Origin: Podarcis liolepis
Lineage: Eukaryota
Length of the DNA stretch: 64,000 nucleotides
Assembly (NCBI GenBank): GCA_965112155.1
Contig: OZ218100.1
Reading direction: 5' to 3' (one strand)
Shown here in pieces: positions 50,101-60,872 of this stretch. Under the pieces are notes generated by a model. It did not search any database and had not been told where the DNA came from. It saw nothing but the letters and a program-made list of their open reading frames with translations. The position numbers and the translations under genes were made by a program. Position 1 is the first letter of the stretch. Each line of letters begins with the position of its first letter.

Positions 50101-53100
50101 GCAAAACAGTAGAGTCAGCTTATAATGTTACCTTCATATCAGCTTCGCCTCCACTGTGCGTATCCTGACAGAAGAAATTGTATCCGCCTTCCCATACTCC
50201 TGTCACCAGCTAAATGAAGGAAGAAAAAGAAAGAAGCCCATTGACAACATTGCACATTTTTACAATACTTTATATATATATATATTAAAAAAATGAACTT
50301 AAAAGAATCAAAGTCATATTAACAAGACCTTAATGTAAAAGTCCCCCAAAAGCAGTTTCATTAGATGCTGGAGGCAAAAAACAGCTTTTAAAAGAGTGGA
50401 GAGTGAGAGGGGGATTTTTCTATTCTGGCTTGGTCAGACCACACCTGGAATACTGTGTCCAATTCTGGGTGCCACAATTTAAGCAGGATGTTGACAAGCC
50501 AGATTGTGAGCAGAGGAGGGTGATTGAGGGTCTGGAAGTCAAATGCTATGAGGGAATCTGGAATGTTTAGTTTGGTAAATAGGAGACTGAGAGTAGATAT
50601 GATAGCCAACTTCATATATCTAAAGGGCTGTGTGGCGTTTGCCCTCCTAGGTGTGTGACATCATACTGGGTTCATAAAGAAAGGGCTAACTAATTGTAAA
50701 ATGACTAACCAATGGGAACCCAAGGGGAGAAGTCAGGAGTTAGAGTTAGAGTTGCTGAAGAGACAGTCTGGAGTTAGGAGAGACAGAGAAGATAAGTCTG
50801 TGGGTTGGGCTAGTCTGGTGTGAGAGAGGGAGAGAATTTGTTAAGAGGAGTCAGTCAAACAGTTGAGATAATCAGTCAGAAGGTATTAGGAAGGTATAGG
50901 CTGGTAAAGAAATTAAAGTTAAGGTACTGACAGGAATATTATTTGAGAAACCATAAATTTGTTAATGTTTGTAAAATAAACTTGGGGTTTTTTTGGTTCA
51001 CTTTTAACAACTGACTAGACTCAGTGTTTTACCAGAGAGTAACTGGTTGGTGGCAGCGGGGAAGCGAGCACAGTGGTGGCACAGGGATCAATAGACTGTT
51101 AAACGTCCGGGGACCCTGTGCGATCACCACAGGCTGCCACATGGAAGACAGAGCAAGCTCCCGTTCCAGAGGGTAGGAGCTTGAAGTTACAAGAAAGGAG
51201 ATTCCAACTAAACATCAGTAAGAGCTCTTCGACAGCAGAATGGATTCTCTCGGAAGGTGGTGGACTCGCCTTCCTTGGAGGTTTTTAAGCAGAGATTGGA
51301 AGGCCATATATCATGGGTGCTTCAGTTGAGATTCCTGCATTGCAGCGAGGGTCATCTTGTCCAGCCTCCTGCAATGCAGGAATCTTTTTTCCAACGTGGG
51401 GCTTGACCCATGGCCCTGAGATTAAGATTATGACCCTCATGGTCCCTTACAACTCTATGATTCTACGAGTTCACTGAAGGAGCGCACAGAGTAGGGCTGC
51501 TGGTGGGTGTTGCCTCCCAAGGGCTGGACAGAGGGGCCTTTGGGCTTCAGATTCCCTATCATGCACTACTCAGTCAGGTTTTGGAAATGTCTGCTATCCA
51601 ATAACCTGCAAAACCTATCTACTAGAGGTAAAAGTGAGATACAGTGGTACCTCTGGTTACATACGCTTCAGGTTACAGGCTCCGCTAACCCAGAAATAGT
51701 ACCTCGGGTTAAGAACTTTGCTTCAGGATGAGAACAGAAATCGTGCTCCGGTGGCACGGCGGCAGCAGGAGGCCCCATTAGCTAAAGTGGTGCTTCAGGT
51801 TAAGAACAGTTTCAGGTTAAGAACGGACCTCCGGAACAAATTAAGTACTTAACCCGAGGTACCACTGTATGTACACATCACAGTGCTGAAATAGCCTGCA
51901 ACTCTTATGGGGGGGATTGATAATCTTTAAGAGGGCCTTCTATAAAAGCAGGATGAGAGTAGAGTCTGATTCAGAAACAGTCTTTCCATCAGACTTCTAT
52001 TTCAAGTCTTCTTGACTTGACCACAAGAAGCTTCCTTACAAGAAAACATGAAAATATAATTTTAGATTTGACAAAAATACTCATCAAATCTCAGGAGTAT
52101 TGACTTGGCTGGGGCAGCAAGCAAAACAAAACAAAACTCAATTCAAGGCAAGAGGCCAGGCTTTATAATTTAGATAACATCTTCTGAAAAATGTTTATCT
52201 AGAACTTCATGTAATATATCTTCCTTGACCCCCCCCCAAAAAAAACCCACACACAGCATTTTAAAATCAAAGGACTAACCTCAACATTTAGAGTGCACAT
52301 ATAGTGAATGTCAACTGGTTTCCATAAACAGTTCTAAATGTGCAAGACTCATTGCTTTAGCATGCCTGAGATTTCTCCAGCTGAGATTTCTGCATTTTTA
52401 TGAAATCAGATATAGCTCTTGTGGCTGAACCAGGACTTGGTCAGTTCATATTCACAAAGCTTAGTTGGTGGCCTAGAGGCAGTGACTTTCTATTGGGCTG
52501 GACTACCTAACAGGGCTGTTGGGTGGATAAAACTGCGGGGAGGGGGGCAGGAAAGATAAAATTAAATATGCTTTCCAAACTCTTTGGATGAAGAGGGTGG
52601 AACAAAAATATAAATGCAATGTAATAAGCAGCTCTCATTTGGCATTCCCCCCACCTAACCTCACTATAAAACTACTGCTTTGTTTCCAGTACAAAAATAA
52701 AAACATGCATTTTGAAAACAAGATACTCTAACTTTTTGTTGGGGAGTGGGGGTGGGAGTACTACCCAATGATAGCATAATCATTATCTGCAGAATTTCCG
52801 TTCAAACTTTCTCAAGAAACTCTGGCTTTGGGAATACCACAAACAATACGTTCTCCATTTATAGTTTGCAAGTTCCCCATAGCAACCTGCTGTCCATTCC
52901 TGTTGCCACTGCATTCAGTCTCTGCAGTTATCTCATCTTACATTTGAAATGACAAAGAGGCTTCAGCACACATGGGAAATAGGACTTGACCATTAATTGT
53001 TCCCTACAGGATTTCCCACAAGCTCTACAGCAGCAGCAGTTTGGTGTATGTGTGCTTTGTCTTTGCTGTCAAACAAAACAAAAGAAAACCCTTCTATACA

Positions 53101-56100
53101 TAATGCAGATTTGTGCCCACCATTTAGAAAGCCCCTTACTACTACAGCATCCTAAATTATTATCTGTTCACAGAAGTCAAGATTTCCCCACCTTTTCCAG
53201 TCTTGCAGATCACTGGCATTATTACCTAGTCTACTATATTCTGTTGAGCCTTGGCTACTGATTGAAGGGTCTAACCACACATTAGGTTAACAATGTGATT
53301 AGCAATGACACAAGGGATTTAAAAAAATAAAATAGCAGGTGGGTGGGTGTCACAGAGGGAGGAGCAGGTAACAGATTTTTATTTTGCTTTCAAAAAACAC
53401 ACAAAAGGTACATTTTAAAATGTACCATTTCTACTAAGGCAACATGACCTTGAAAGCCAAATACAGTATCTGAAGTTATTTGTTCGGCCAGATATTTCCC
53501 TTCAAATTAAAAATCAGAAGTGGGGGGGGTGCATTCCTGTGAGGTTCTAAAGGAGAAAGGATTGCGTAGATGTGTTCACTGCAAGTAATCCTGGTGCCAA
53601 AATATTTGCTCTGGAACACATGCCACAGATGCCGCTATCTCACTTGAAGGCCTACTTTGACACTGCAAGTATGTTCAAGTGGAAAAGGAAATGCAGACTA
53701 ATGATCTCTAAACAAATAAACTGCTCCTGTCATATCTGCAATAATTAGGCATTTCCCAAGCAATATAAAAAGTTAGGTATCTAACTTCCTGAGAGAAGTG
53801 CTGTTTGTTGTGAGGTTTTTCTGCAGGGAGAAGGCGTGGGGACAAACTGTTTAAGACTGTCATGCCACTTTTGTAGAAGATTCTGAACTCCTATTCTAGC
53901 ACATTTGCTCCTGTTCCCATTTTAGCCGGGATCTTTTAGAACACTTCGCATGAACATCCTACTCAGGTACCAACCAAAGCCAGAATAACTAGGCTACAGA
54001 GCCTCCAGACTTTTATAGAATGGGAAAACAAACCTTGTCTCCCCAGGTAAGGAAAGGCCATTCTGTGCAAACCAAGAACATGCCATGCCACCCCCCACCC
54101 CCCGGAAAGCAACTGATAATGGAACTGGAGAGCACTGGATGGAAGGCTGGAAAAACAAAATCTAGCAAGGGGAGGAATAATTGAATAACCTAGATTCAGC
54201 ATCAAGAAATATCTGACAGATTGGTAGCTGGAGGTCCTTTTATCTATTTCTTTCTTCTTTTTACTCTCTTTACTTTTATCTCCCTCGGTGGTTTATTGTT
54301 ATTCTCACATTATTATTCTATCTCCTTGTACTTTGGTAAGAACTGTATCCCCTTCATGGATCACTGCCTTGTTGTGGTGAAGGGGCTTGAATAACTCAAG
54401 AGAAGCTATGAGCTATGCCGTGCAGGGCCACCCAAGACGGACAGGTCATAGCCAAGAGTTTAGACTAAATGTGATCCACCTGCAGAAGGAACTGGCAAAC
54501 CACTCCAGTATTTTGCCAAGAAAACTCCATGGACATAAAAAAAAAAGAAGCTTTGAGAAGAAAGTGAGAGTTTCCAAGTCATGCTCTGGTTCATGGGGTC
54601 ATGGAGAGTCGAAAATGACTAAGACGACTAAACAACAAGAACTGTATACAGATAAGGGGGAGGACAGTTTGAGAACCCTGTGTGAGAGGTGGGTAAGGAG
54701 AGATACCACAGGGAGGAGAGGCTGTGGGAAGAGAGGGATGGGGCCAGGTGAGAGCTGGGAGGGCACACCTTCCTCTGTAGGTGATGCAAGTTACAATATA
54801 AGCAATGAGTACCGTATTTTTCGCCCCATAAGACGCACCGGCCCATAAGACGCACCTAGATTTTAGGGGGGAAATAAAGGAAAAAAATTTTATTTCCCCC
54901 CCAGGTGCGCTGCGCTACACCAGGAGCTTGGGGCGTGCGGAGCTCAGCGCGCCCCAAGCTTCTGCATGCCGGCAAGGTCTCCGCTAGCGTGGGAGAGCCG
55001 GGCGCCTCTCCCAGGGCTAGCGGACCCCTGCGCTAATCCAGAAGCTTGGGGCGCGCTGAGCTCAGCGCGCCCCAAGCTTCTGCATGCCGGCAAGCAGTCC
55101 GCTGCCGCCCCAAGCCTCCCGCACCCGGCAGGAGGTCCCGCCGGGTGCGCGAGGCTTGGGGCGGCAGCGGACTGCTTGCGTGCACCTAGAAGCTTGGGGC
55201 GTGCTGAGCTCAGCGCGCCCCAAGCTTCTGCATGCCGGCAAGCAGTCCGCTGCCGCCCCAAGCCTCCCGCACCCGGCAGGAGGTCCCGCCGGGTGCGCGA
55301 GGCTTGCAGACACTCGCCCGAAGCAGGGGGAGCCCTCCGGAGGGCTCCCCGTGCTTCGGGCGACAGGCTGCCGCCCCAAGCCTCGCGCACCCAGTGGGAC
55401 CTCCTGCCGGGCGCGCGAGGCTTGCAGGCATTCGCCCCATAAGACGCACCCCGATTTCCCCTTCATTTTTGGAGGGGGAAAAGTGCGTCTTATGGGGCGA
55501 AAAATACGGTAGTTGCTTTTTTCCTGTTCCTTCTTCCTTTAGTTTCTTTCTTTATTGTATTTCCTGTAGATTAGTTTGCTTTTTTATGGCATTGTGAAAA
55601 TGTCAATAATTCCCCCCCAAAACAACAACAACATGCGTTTCTAATATCATAGCATTCTACGTAACTATTATTCAAAGGATGTGTTTGCTAAAGACTCATT
55701 TCATGCAGTTTTCTAGTCTTCCGACCTGCTTGCCGTGCCATAGGAGCAGGTTATGGTCTCCGTCACTTAACCACACATCTCCCATAAAATGCGGCACAAG
55801 GGTTTTGTGCATTCAGCCAGGCGTGGAACAGCCCTGCTTGTTCACTTATTTCAGGAATGTATAAGCCACTTTCTCTGCCAAACCGCACTTGAGGTAAGTG
55901 CTACGGTCAAACATGCAAAGCTTTTGCAGGATAAGCTTAGAAGACTATGTTCCTCCGCCACCAGAAAGGCGTTGGTGGCCTGTAAATGTATGAACTGTGC
56001 GACTATAATGGTTAACTTTTTAGGAGTCTCAATTGGTCAAAGTTTACCAAAGCTGGGGGTGGGGGGAGAGAGACGGAAATATATTACAAGGATTGTGATG

Positions 56101-56187
56101 CCCAAGCTTCCAGACAAATATATCCACCTTGATCACTGATGGGGCATTTGCTGGTGGTCCCACACACCCCTGAGGTTTGACTGGCCT

Positions 56188-56223
<36 letters not shown>

Positions 56224-59200
56224 TGATATTGATTGATTCTATTTCTATGCTGCTTTTTATTCAAATAAATCCCAAAGAAGCTTACAAACAAAGGATAAAA
56301 ATAACATAATGGAACATCACGAATACAGCATAAATTGTATAGAATAGCAACAAAACAAAGCTCTGTTGAATTTGTACGAATATGCTCTCCCCTCCACCAT
56401 GACTCATAAACTTTTATTCTGTTCAATGCATCAGAATACACCTGCACATAATGTTCCTGGCAGCAACCCCCTTCTGAAGGATCCTTGTGATGGAGGTGAT
56501 CAGCACAAAGACTCTCTCCCCTCACATCCTTTCTGCCACCTTACCAGGGACCGAGCCTTTAGTGTGGCAGGCTCTGCCCTGTGGAACTCCTTGCAAAAAC
56601 AGAGATTTGGTGGGAGCCATTCCCAGTTGCTTTTAGAAGTCTTCTAAAACTGTATTATTCGGAGAGGCCTGATATTTTGTATGAAAGCATGGAACAAGCA
56701 ATGCGAGAAAAATGCACAGCCTCTTCATTTCTTACCTCATAAAACATATAGAGGGACAGAAGCGTAAGCCCGAGGTTATAGACCACTAGAATACCCCTGA
56801 AGGTGAACGGCTGCCTGTTCCGCATGTACTTTGGTCCTAACCATACGATTAATAAGTATAAGACGGTGAAGATGAAGGTAGGTGTGTAATTGGTCAGGAG
56901 AAACCATCCTTTTACTCTGGGATCTGAAATGGAACACAAAGGCAACATTTTTATCTGGATTAAGGCAATTTCAAAGACTTCTGAGATTTAAGACTGGCAG
57001 AATATTCATTGTTAGGAAAGGCAGGGTGCACATTTATGCACGTTGTGGAAGCAGTTGCTCCAGAGCGTCTGACCAAATTCAATACCAACATTTCAGACCA
57101 AAGGAAGTTGAGAGGACAATCTGTGCTAGTGGTTTCTGGTGTGTGCGGAGATTTGGTTCCCCCTTTAGCGAGGCTTTCCTAAGAGAAGCCAAAGGAATAA
57201 TAGCTGGGAGATACAGTGAGAAAAGCCCGTTGCTCTGAATTGCACACAAACCCCCACACCCGTGGCGAGGTTTTATTTAATTGCTCAGTTGCTAAACAAC
57301 TAATTATGCTTCCTTTACAAAAGTGCTGTTCCCTGAAGGAGCACCTGACACACTAGCCTTTCCTACTTCTCTCTCAAATCTTGATACCCGGTGCTTTTAT
57401 ATTCCAAGTTACTGTACTTTTAATTCTCTCCTTCCTGACATCTCCATTACTCCCATTATCTGAAATTAGACGGGTTTTGTGAGAGCCATGACGCTCGCCT
57501 CACCTTTCAAGTTGGCACTTCCTCAGTTTTATTGATTCCCACCCATCTGAACTACCAGGCTTTGTGGCAAAATAAGGAGAATGTAAATATTTTAAATAGT
57601 GCTTAAATATTATAAAGAGATCCGAGATCCCATGTTCGCACAATTAAGCTTTGCTGATGAATCTGAAAAATATATTCCGAGGAGTTGCACTTTCTTGGGG
57701 GGGGGGGCCTTTAATGTTTTGGAAACCTGGGGATGATCCAAGAAAATTGGAGAATCTTTCATTCCCATGGGTGTGTCATAGTAGAGTTAAGGAAATTGAT
57801 GATATGATGCTGCTTTATACCAGGGATGGGGAACCTGGTGCCCTCCAGATGTTATAGCACCCCCATCAGCCCCAGCCAGCATGGCCAATGGGCAGAGCTG
57901 ATGAGAGCGGAAGCCCAGTCACATCTGGAGAGCCCAGTCTTACACCATCACAACTTTGGTCCAGCTAGGATAATGCTATCTGTTCTAATGCGCAGCAACA
58001 TGCACAGGTCATAAGCAGAAGCCTCCTCAGATCTTATAAGTGGAAACACCAGGAAGCAAACTTGGGCAGTGCTAGAAACTAGGTGCCAAATGGCTCCTTA
58101 AACCAAGATTACAGTCATCAAAACAATGTCTAGTTGCCATTTTTGAGCAAGATGGCTCTAAAGCAGGGTTTCCCAAATGTGGGTCTCCATCTTTTTTTTG
58201 AACTACAATTCCCATCATCCTTGACCACTGGTCCTTCTAGTCAGGGATGATGGGAAATGTAGTCCAAAAACAGGTGGAGACGCAGGTTTGGGAAACCCTG
58301 CTCTAAAGTCTTATTTTTCAAAGGATGGAAATGACTGGGATTGTTTCTCAGTTAAACATCTGGCTAGCTCAGATGACAACCCTGACCTAGGTTAAGAGCT
58401 TTGAGAACTTAAAGAAGAAAAGTCACTTGATTCAGGGACAGCCCACATATATATTAACCTATTCCAACCTCTTTTTCTTAATGGTGACACAGACCATTCA
58501 TAATGTAGGGATATTCTTCACAACTGTGAGCAGGGCAGTGGGGTGGGCTCAGTGAAGACAAACTGCAACAATTAACTATGATGTTTTTCACTGCTCCTGC
58601 TGCACAGAAAGAGCATTTTGGTTCCTGAAATTCATTCTGACTGTGCAGATATTCTACAACTGATAGAATTCTACAGCCAAGATCCAATGATCCCCAAGCA
58701 TGCACCTCCAGATGGTGAAGATCTCAGGTGCTTTCCTGGTGCTCAGGACATCTTCACTTGGTTGCAAGTGGTCAAAAGTCAGGCGCAAAACATGCCGGGT
58801 GCCTGGCTAAATTCGAACACCAAACTTGGGGGTTACTTCATGCAGGATTGTGTGTTCTGTCATTTAAGCTACACTATGAGCTTTTATCTTTCCCACAGAT
58901 ATCAATGGCATTTCAGTGGTTCAGTTTGGATAGATTGCTTCCACATACGCCAAATGCAAGAGCAATTTCATATTTTCTGATAGCTGTAAAACTGTCTTGT
59001 TATGTTTAGGAGTCTATTAACTGACAGGAGTTTTTGAACATATGCTAATATAAATGGGCTGCCTCATTCATGTGTTTTCCTTTCTGACGTCAGGACCAAA
59101 TGTCACTACAGAATTCTCACCCCGCAGGGTCACTGGAACATGCGGGCTCAATTTTTGTGCCAACTCAGCTGATGCAGAGGGTGAGATCAGCAAGGGTGCC

Positions 59201-59754
59201 TCAAATGCAGTATGTCTAAGCAAACACACCAAAAGGGCAACTGTTTCATTTTGTTCGTGACTGTGCTTTCCATGGGAACGGAACCACAGAGGCAGAGTCT
59301 TAAAAGGAGCTATTTTGTACACAGAAGAATTCAGCGCAGAAATATGCCAGCTGCTCACTGACGCTGCTGCTGGGGAGTTTATTTATTAATGTAATTATAG
59401 GCCACCTCTCCAAAAGGTATAGCTACCTAAAGTGGCACAAATCAGAACACCCCTTGTATTGAATTCCAACAATGATACAAGTATATATCTAATAAAGCAC
59501 TTGTATCCATTGCAAGCCAAAGCAAAACAAAGCAAAAAAACCAACCATGCAGGGATTTCAGTCCTCATTCCAGTGACTACTACACAACATCTTAATTAAG
59601 AGGTTTTTTTAAATGTCACTGTATTCAGAGACATAAAAACCTTTGGCAAATAATCTGGAACTAGGTAGCCCACCCTCTCCCAAATAAACCACCTACCTCT
59701 GGGTCCAAGCCAAACGTCCAGGTAGCTATTGATTGTTTCATCCAGAGACGTCAT
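38198..59754 (-). CDS. ELOVL5: ELOVL fatty acid elongase 5, spliced CDS join(59697-59754,56736-56923,50132-50209,43319-43490,40396-40520,39420-39554,38198-38329), 295 aa
   Basis: 58+188+78+172+125+135+132=888 nt in frame. Carries the ELO-family motifs [25 protein letters not shown] and TQGQL, plus a C-terminal basic ER-retention-type tail KQRKQRKD. Trp at the position equivalent to human W231 (Cys in ELOVL2). Confidence 0.97.
39420..39554 (-). CDS. ELOVL5: ELOVL5 exon 7 (135 nt)
   Basis: [45 protein letters not shown]; TTTAACAG| and |GTAAAT. Confidence 0.96.
40396..40520 (-). CDS. ELOVL5: ELOVL5 exon 6 (125 nt)
   Basis: (S)[41 protein letters not shown]; TTTCCAG| and |GTGAGT. Confidence 0.97.
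40728..40791. repeat. (GAA)n pure trinucleotide tract, about 21 units
   Basis: Direct reading. Confidence 0.95.
41169..41441 (+). mobile_element. Short non-autonomous retroelement with BovB-type tail
   Basis: 11-bp TSD ATGAATGGTAA; tail CATGGGGTCACG...CACGACTAA-(CAA)n; paralogue at 54349-54636. Confidence 0.8.
41968..42058 (-). mobile_element. CR1 extreme 3' end
   Basis: By eye, an exact reverse complement of about 25245-25335, including (ATTCTATG)n. Confidence 0.9.
42058..42780 (+). mobile_element. L1-type LINE 3' fragment interrupted by a MITE
   Basis: Removing 42081-42270 plus one TA restores [28 protein letters not shown]...; AATAAA at about 42762. Confidence 0.8.
42081..42270. mobile_element. 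Tc1/mariner MITE nested in the L1 fragment
   Basis: TA-CAGTGGACCCTC...GAGGTATGACTG-TA. Confidence 0.75.
43319..43490 (-). CDS. ELOVL5: ELOVL5 exon 5 (172 nt), contains the HVYHH catalytic histidine box
   Basis: [57 protein letters not shown]; CCTTTTAG| and |GTAAGT. Confidence 0.97.
44094..44130. repeat. (TCTA)n microsatellite
   Basis: Direct reading. Confidence 0.9.
44268..44410 (-). mobile_element. tRNA-head/CR1-tail SINE (Squam2-like), within an old L2-like fragment (about 44150-44760)
   Basis: Reverse complement resembles 63848-63981. Confidence 0.7.
47468..48290 (+). mobile_element. L2-type LINE 3' fragment
   Basis: LNPDKT...[18 protein letters not shown]...[11 protein letters not shown], with a premature stop; (TAA)-rich tail. 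Confidence 0.9.
49804..49932. mobile_element. hAT-type fold-back MITE
   Basis: CAGGGTTTCTCAAACTTGGG / CCCAAGTTTGGGAAACTCTG; same family as 58164-58300. Confidence 0.75.
50132..50209 (-). CDS. ELOVL5: ELOVL5 exon 4 (78 nt): [26 protein letters not shown]
   Basis: CATTTAG| acceptor, AAG|GTAACA donor. Confidence 0.96.
50420..51466 (+). mobile_element. Older CR1 3' fragment split by a solo LTR
   Basis: Homologous to 24790-25330 on both sides of 50631-51131; ATTCTA-type tail. Confidence 0.8.
50631..51131 (+). mobile_element. Solo LTR (501 bp)
   Basis: TGTGG...CCACA termini, 5-bp TSD GGCTG, AATAAA at 50975; cleanly interrupts the CR1. Confidence 0.85.
51642..51867 (+). mobile_element. Tc1/mariner MITE, about 230-bp family (orientation A)
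   Basis: CAGTGGTACCTC TIRs, TA TSD. Confidence 0.9.
54349..54636 (+). mobile_element. Short non-autonomous retroelement with BovB-type tail
   Basis: 11-bp TSD AAGAACTGTAT; colinear with 41169-41441. Confidence 0.8.
54812..55509. mobile_element. CCGTA-TIR (Tc2/pogo-like) non-autonomous transposon with GC-rich palindrome-array interior
   Basis: Perfect 27-bp TIR CCGTATTTTTCGCCCCATAAGACGCAC, TA TSD, subterminal CCCATAAGACGCACC repeats. Confidence 0.9.
56736..56923 (-). CDS. ELOVL5: ELOVL5 exon 3 (188 nt)
   Basis: (D)[15 protein letters not shown]...LSLYMFYE; ATTTCAG| acceptor, GAG|GTAAGA donor. Confidence 0.97.
58164..58300. mobile_element. hAT-type fold-back MITE
   Basis: TIR CAGGGTTTCCCAAA, perfect 8-bp TSD CTCTAAAG. 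Confidence 0.9.
59697..59754 (-). CDS. ELOVL5: ELOVL5 first coding exon (exon 2): [19 protein letters not shown]
   Basis: Acceptor CCACGCAG| before 59762, 8 nt UTR, ATG at 59754, donor AGAG|GTAGGT. Confidence 0.93.
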
Positions 59755-60611
59755 TGTGCAACCTGCGTGGAAGATGGGGAGAAAACAGTTATTTTGCTCT
59801 TTTCTATGGAAATGCTGCTATCGGGAAACAGTTTAAACTAGCATGAGATACGTTTGTGGGTGTGGGAATCCATGGCTCCCTAGATGGTGCTAGACTGCAA
59901 CACCCATCATCCCTGTGAATTGACCGCACTGCCTGTGGCTGATGGGAGTTGGAGTCCAGCAACAACCAAAAGGCCACAGGCTCCCCAAGTATTCCTCTGA
60001 ACACTTGGCAGATTTTTGCAGGAATATTTGGGGGATTGCAGCCCATCTTTGGCACTGAAGGCTGCTCCACTGTCAGTATACCTCTGAATCACAGGTGGAA
60101 AGAGTGCTGTTGCACTCACATCGTGGTATTAACACGACTTTCTGCATTTCCCAAAGCCAGGACACAAATAAGGAGCCTATACTAGTTCAAATGTGCATTT
60201 ATAAATGGTATCCTTCTACTTATCGCAAGAGAGGCTTAAAGGAGATTTAGGGAAATTCCACAAAACGTTATGTTAGATACACATTTCCTTATGGAGTTTC
60301 AAATGCTTAAAGCATGGTGTAACTTTGTAAGACTTCTTTTGCATTCAGTAGTTAAGAGCTGCAGGAAGACCGCAAATAATGGGAGAAGACACTGACGCTG
60401 AACAGAGCACATCATAAAGTTTACATCCCTAAAGACGTATTTAAAAACATCTCCCGCCATCTTGAAGGCAGCATACAAGGAAAGAGATAAAATGGAAGCC
60501 ATCTCTACTTTACTTGGATACTGAAAAACAATATTCACAAGTCAAAGCCTGAAACAGATGCAGCAGGAACTTGTTTTATAGCTCGTAGCTACACAGGAAA
60601 TACTTATAATT

Positions 60612-60872
60612 AAGAAGAAGAAGAAGAAGAGAAGAGTTTGGATTTGATATCCCGCCTTTCACTCCCCTTCAGGAGTCTCAAAGCGGCTAACATTCTCCTT
60701 TCCCTTCCTCCCCCACAACAAACACTCTGTGAGGTGAGTGGGGCTGAGAGACTTCACAGAAGTGTGACTGGCCCAAGGTCACCCAGCAGCTGCATGTGGA
60801 GGAGCGGAGACACGAACCCGGTTTCCCAGATTACGTGACTACCGCTCTTAACCACTACACCACACTGGCTCT
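60612..60872 (-). mobile_element. Squam3-like SINE
   Basis: Only a few substitutions relative to 7915-8164. Confidence 0.8.

Noticed and set aside
54900-55430. CRISPR-like array or genuine CpG-island promoter
   Set aside because: The context is eukaryotic, the intervening segments are themselves repeated palindromes rather than unique spacers, and the block is bounded by TIRs with a TA TSD.
54944-55597. Six overlapping 79-158 aa ORFs on both strands
   Set aside because: They are by-products of a GC-rich palindromic repeat that lacks stops and gives the same peptide on both strands; there is no sign of a transposase or other domain.
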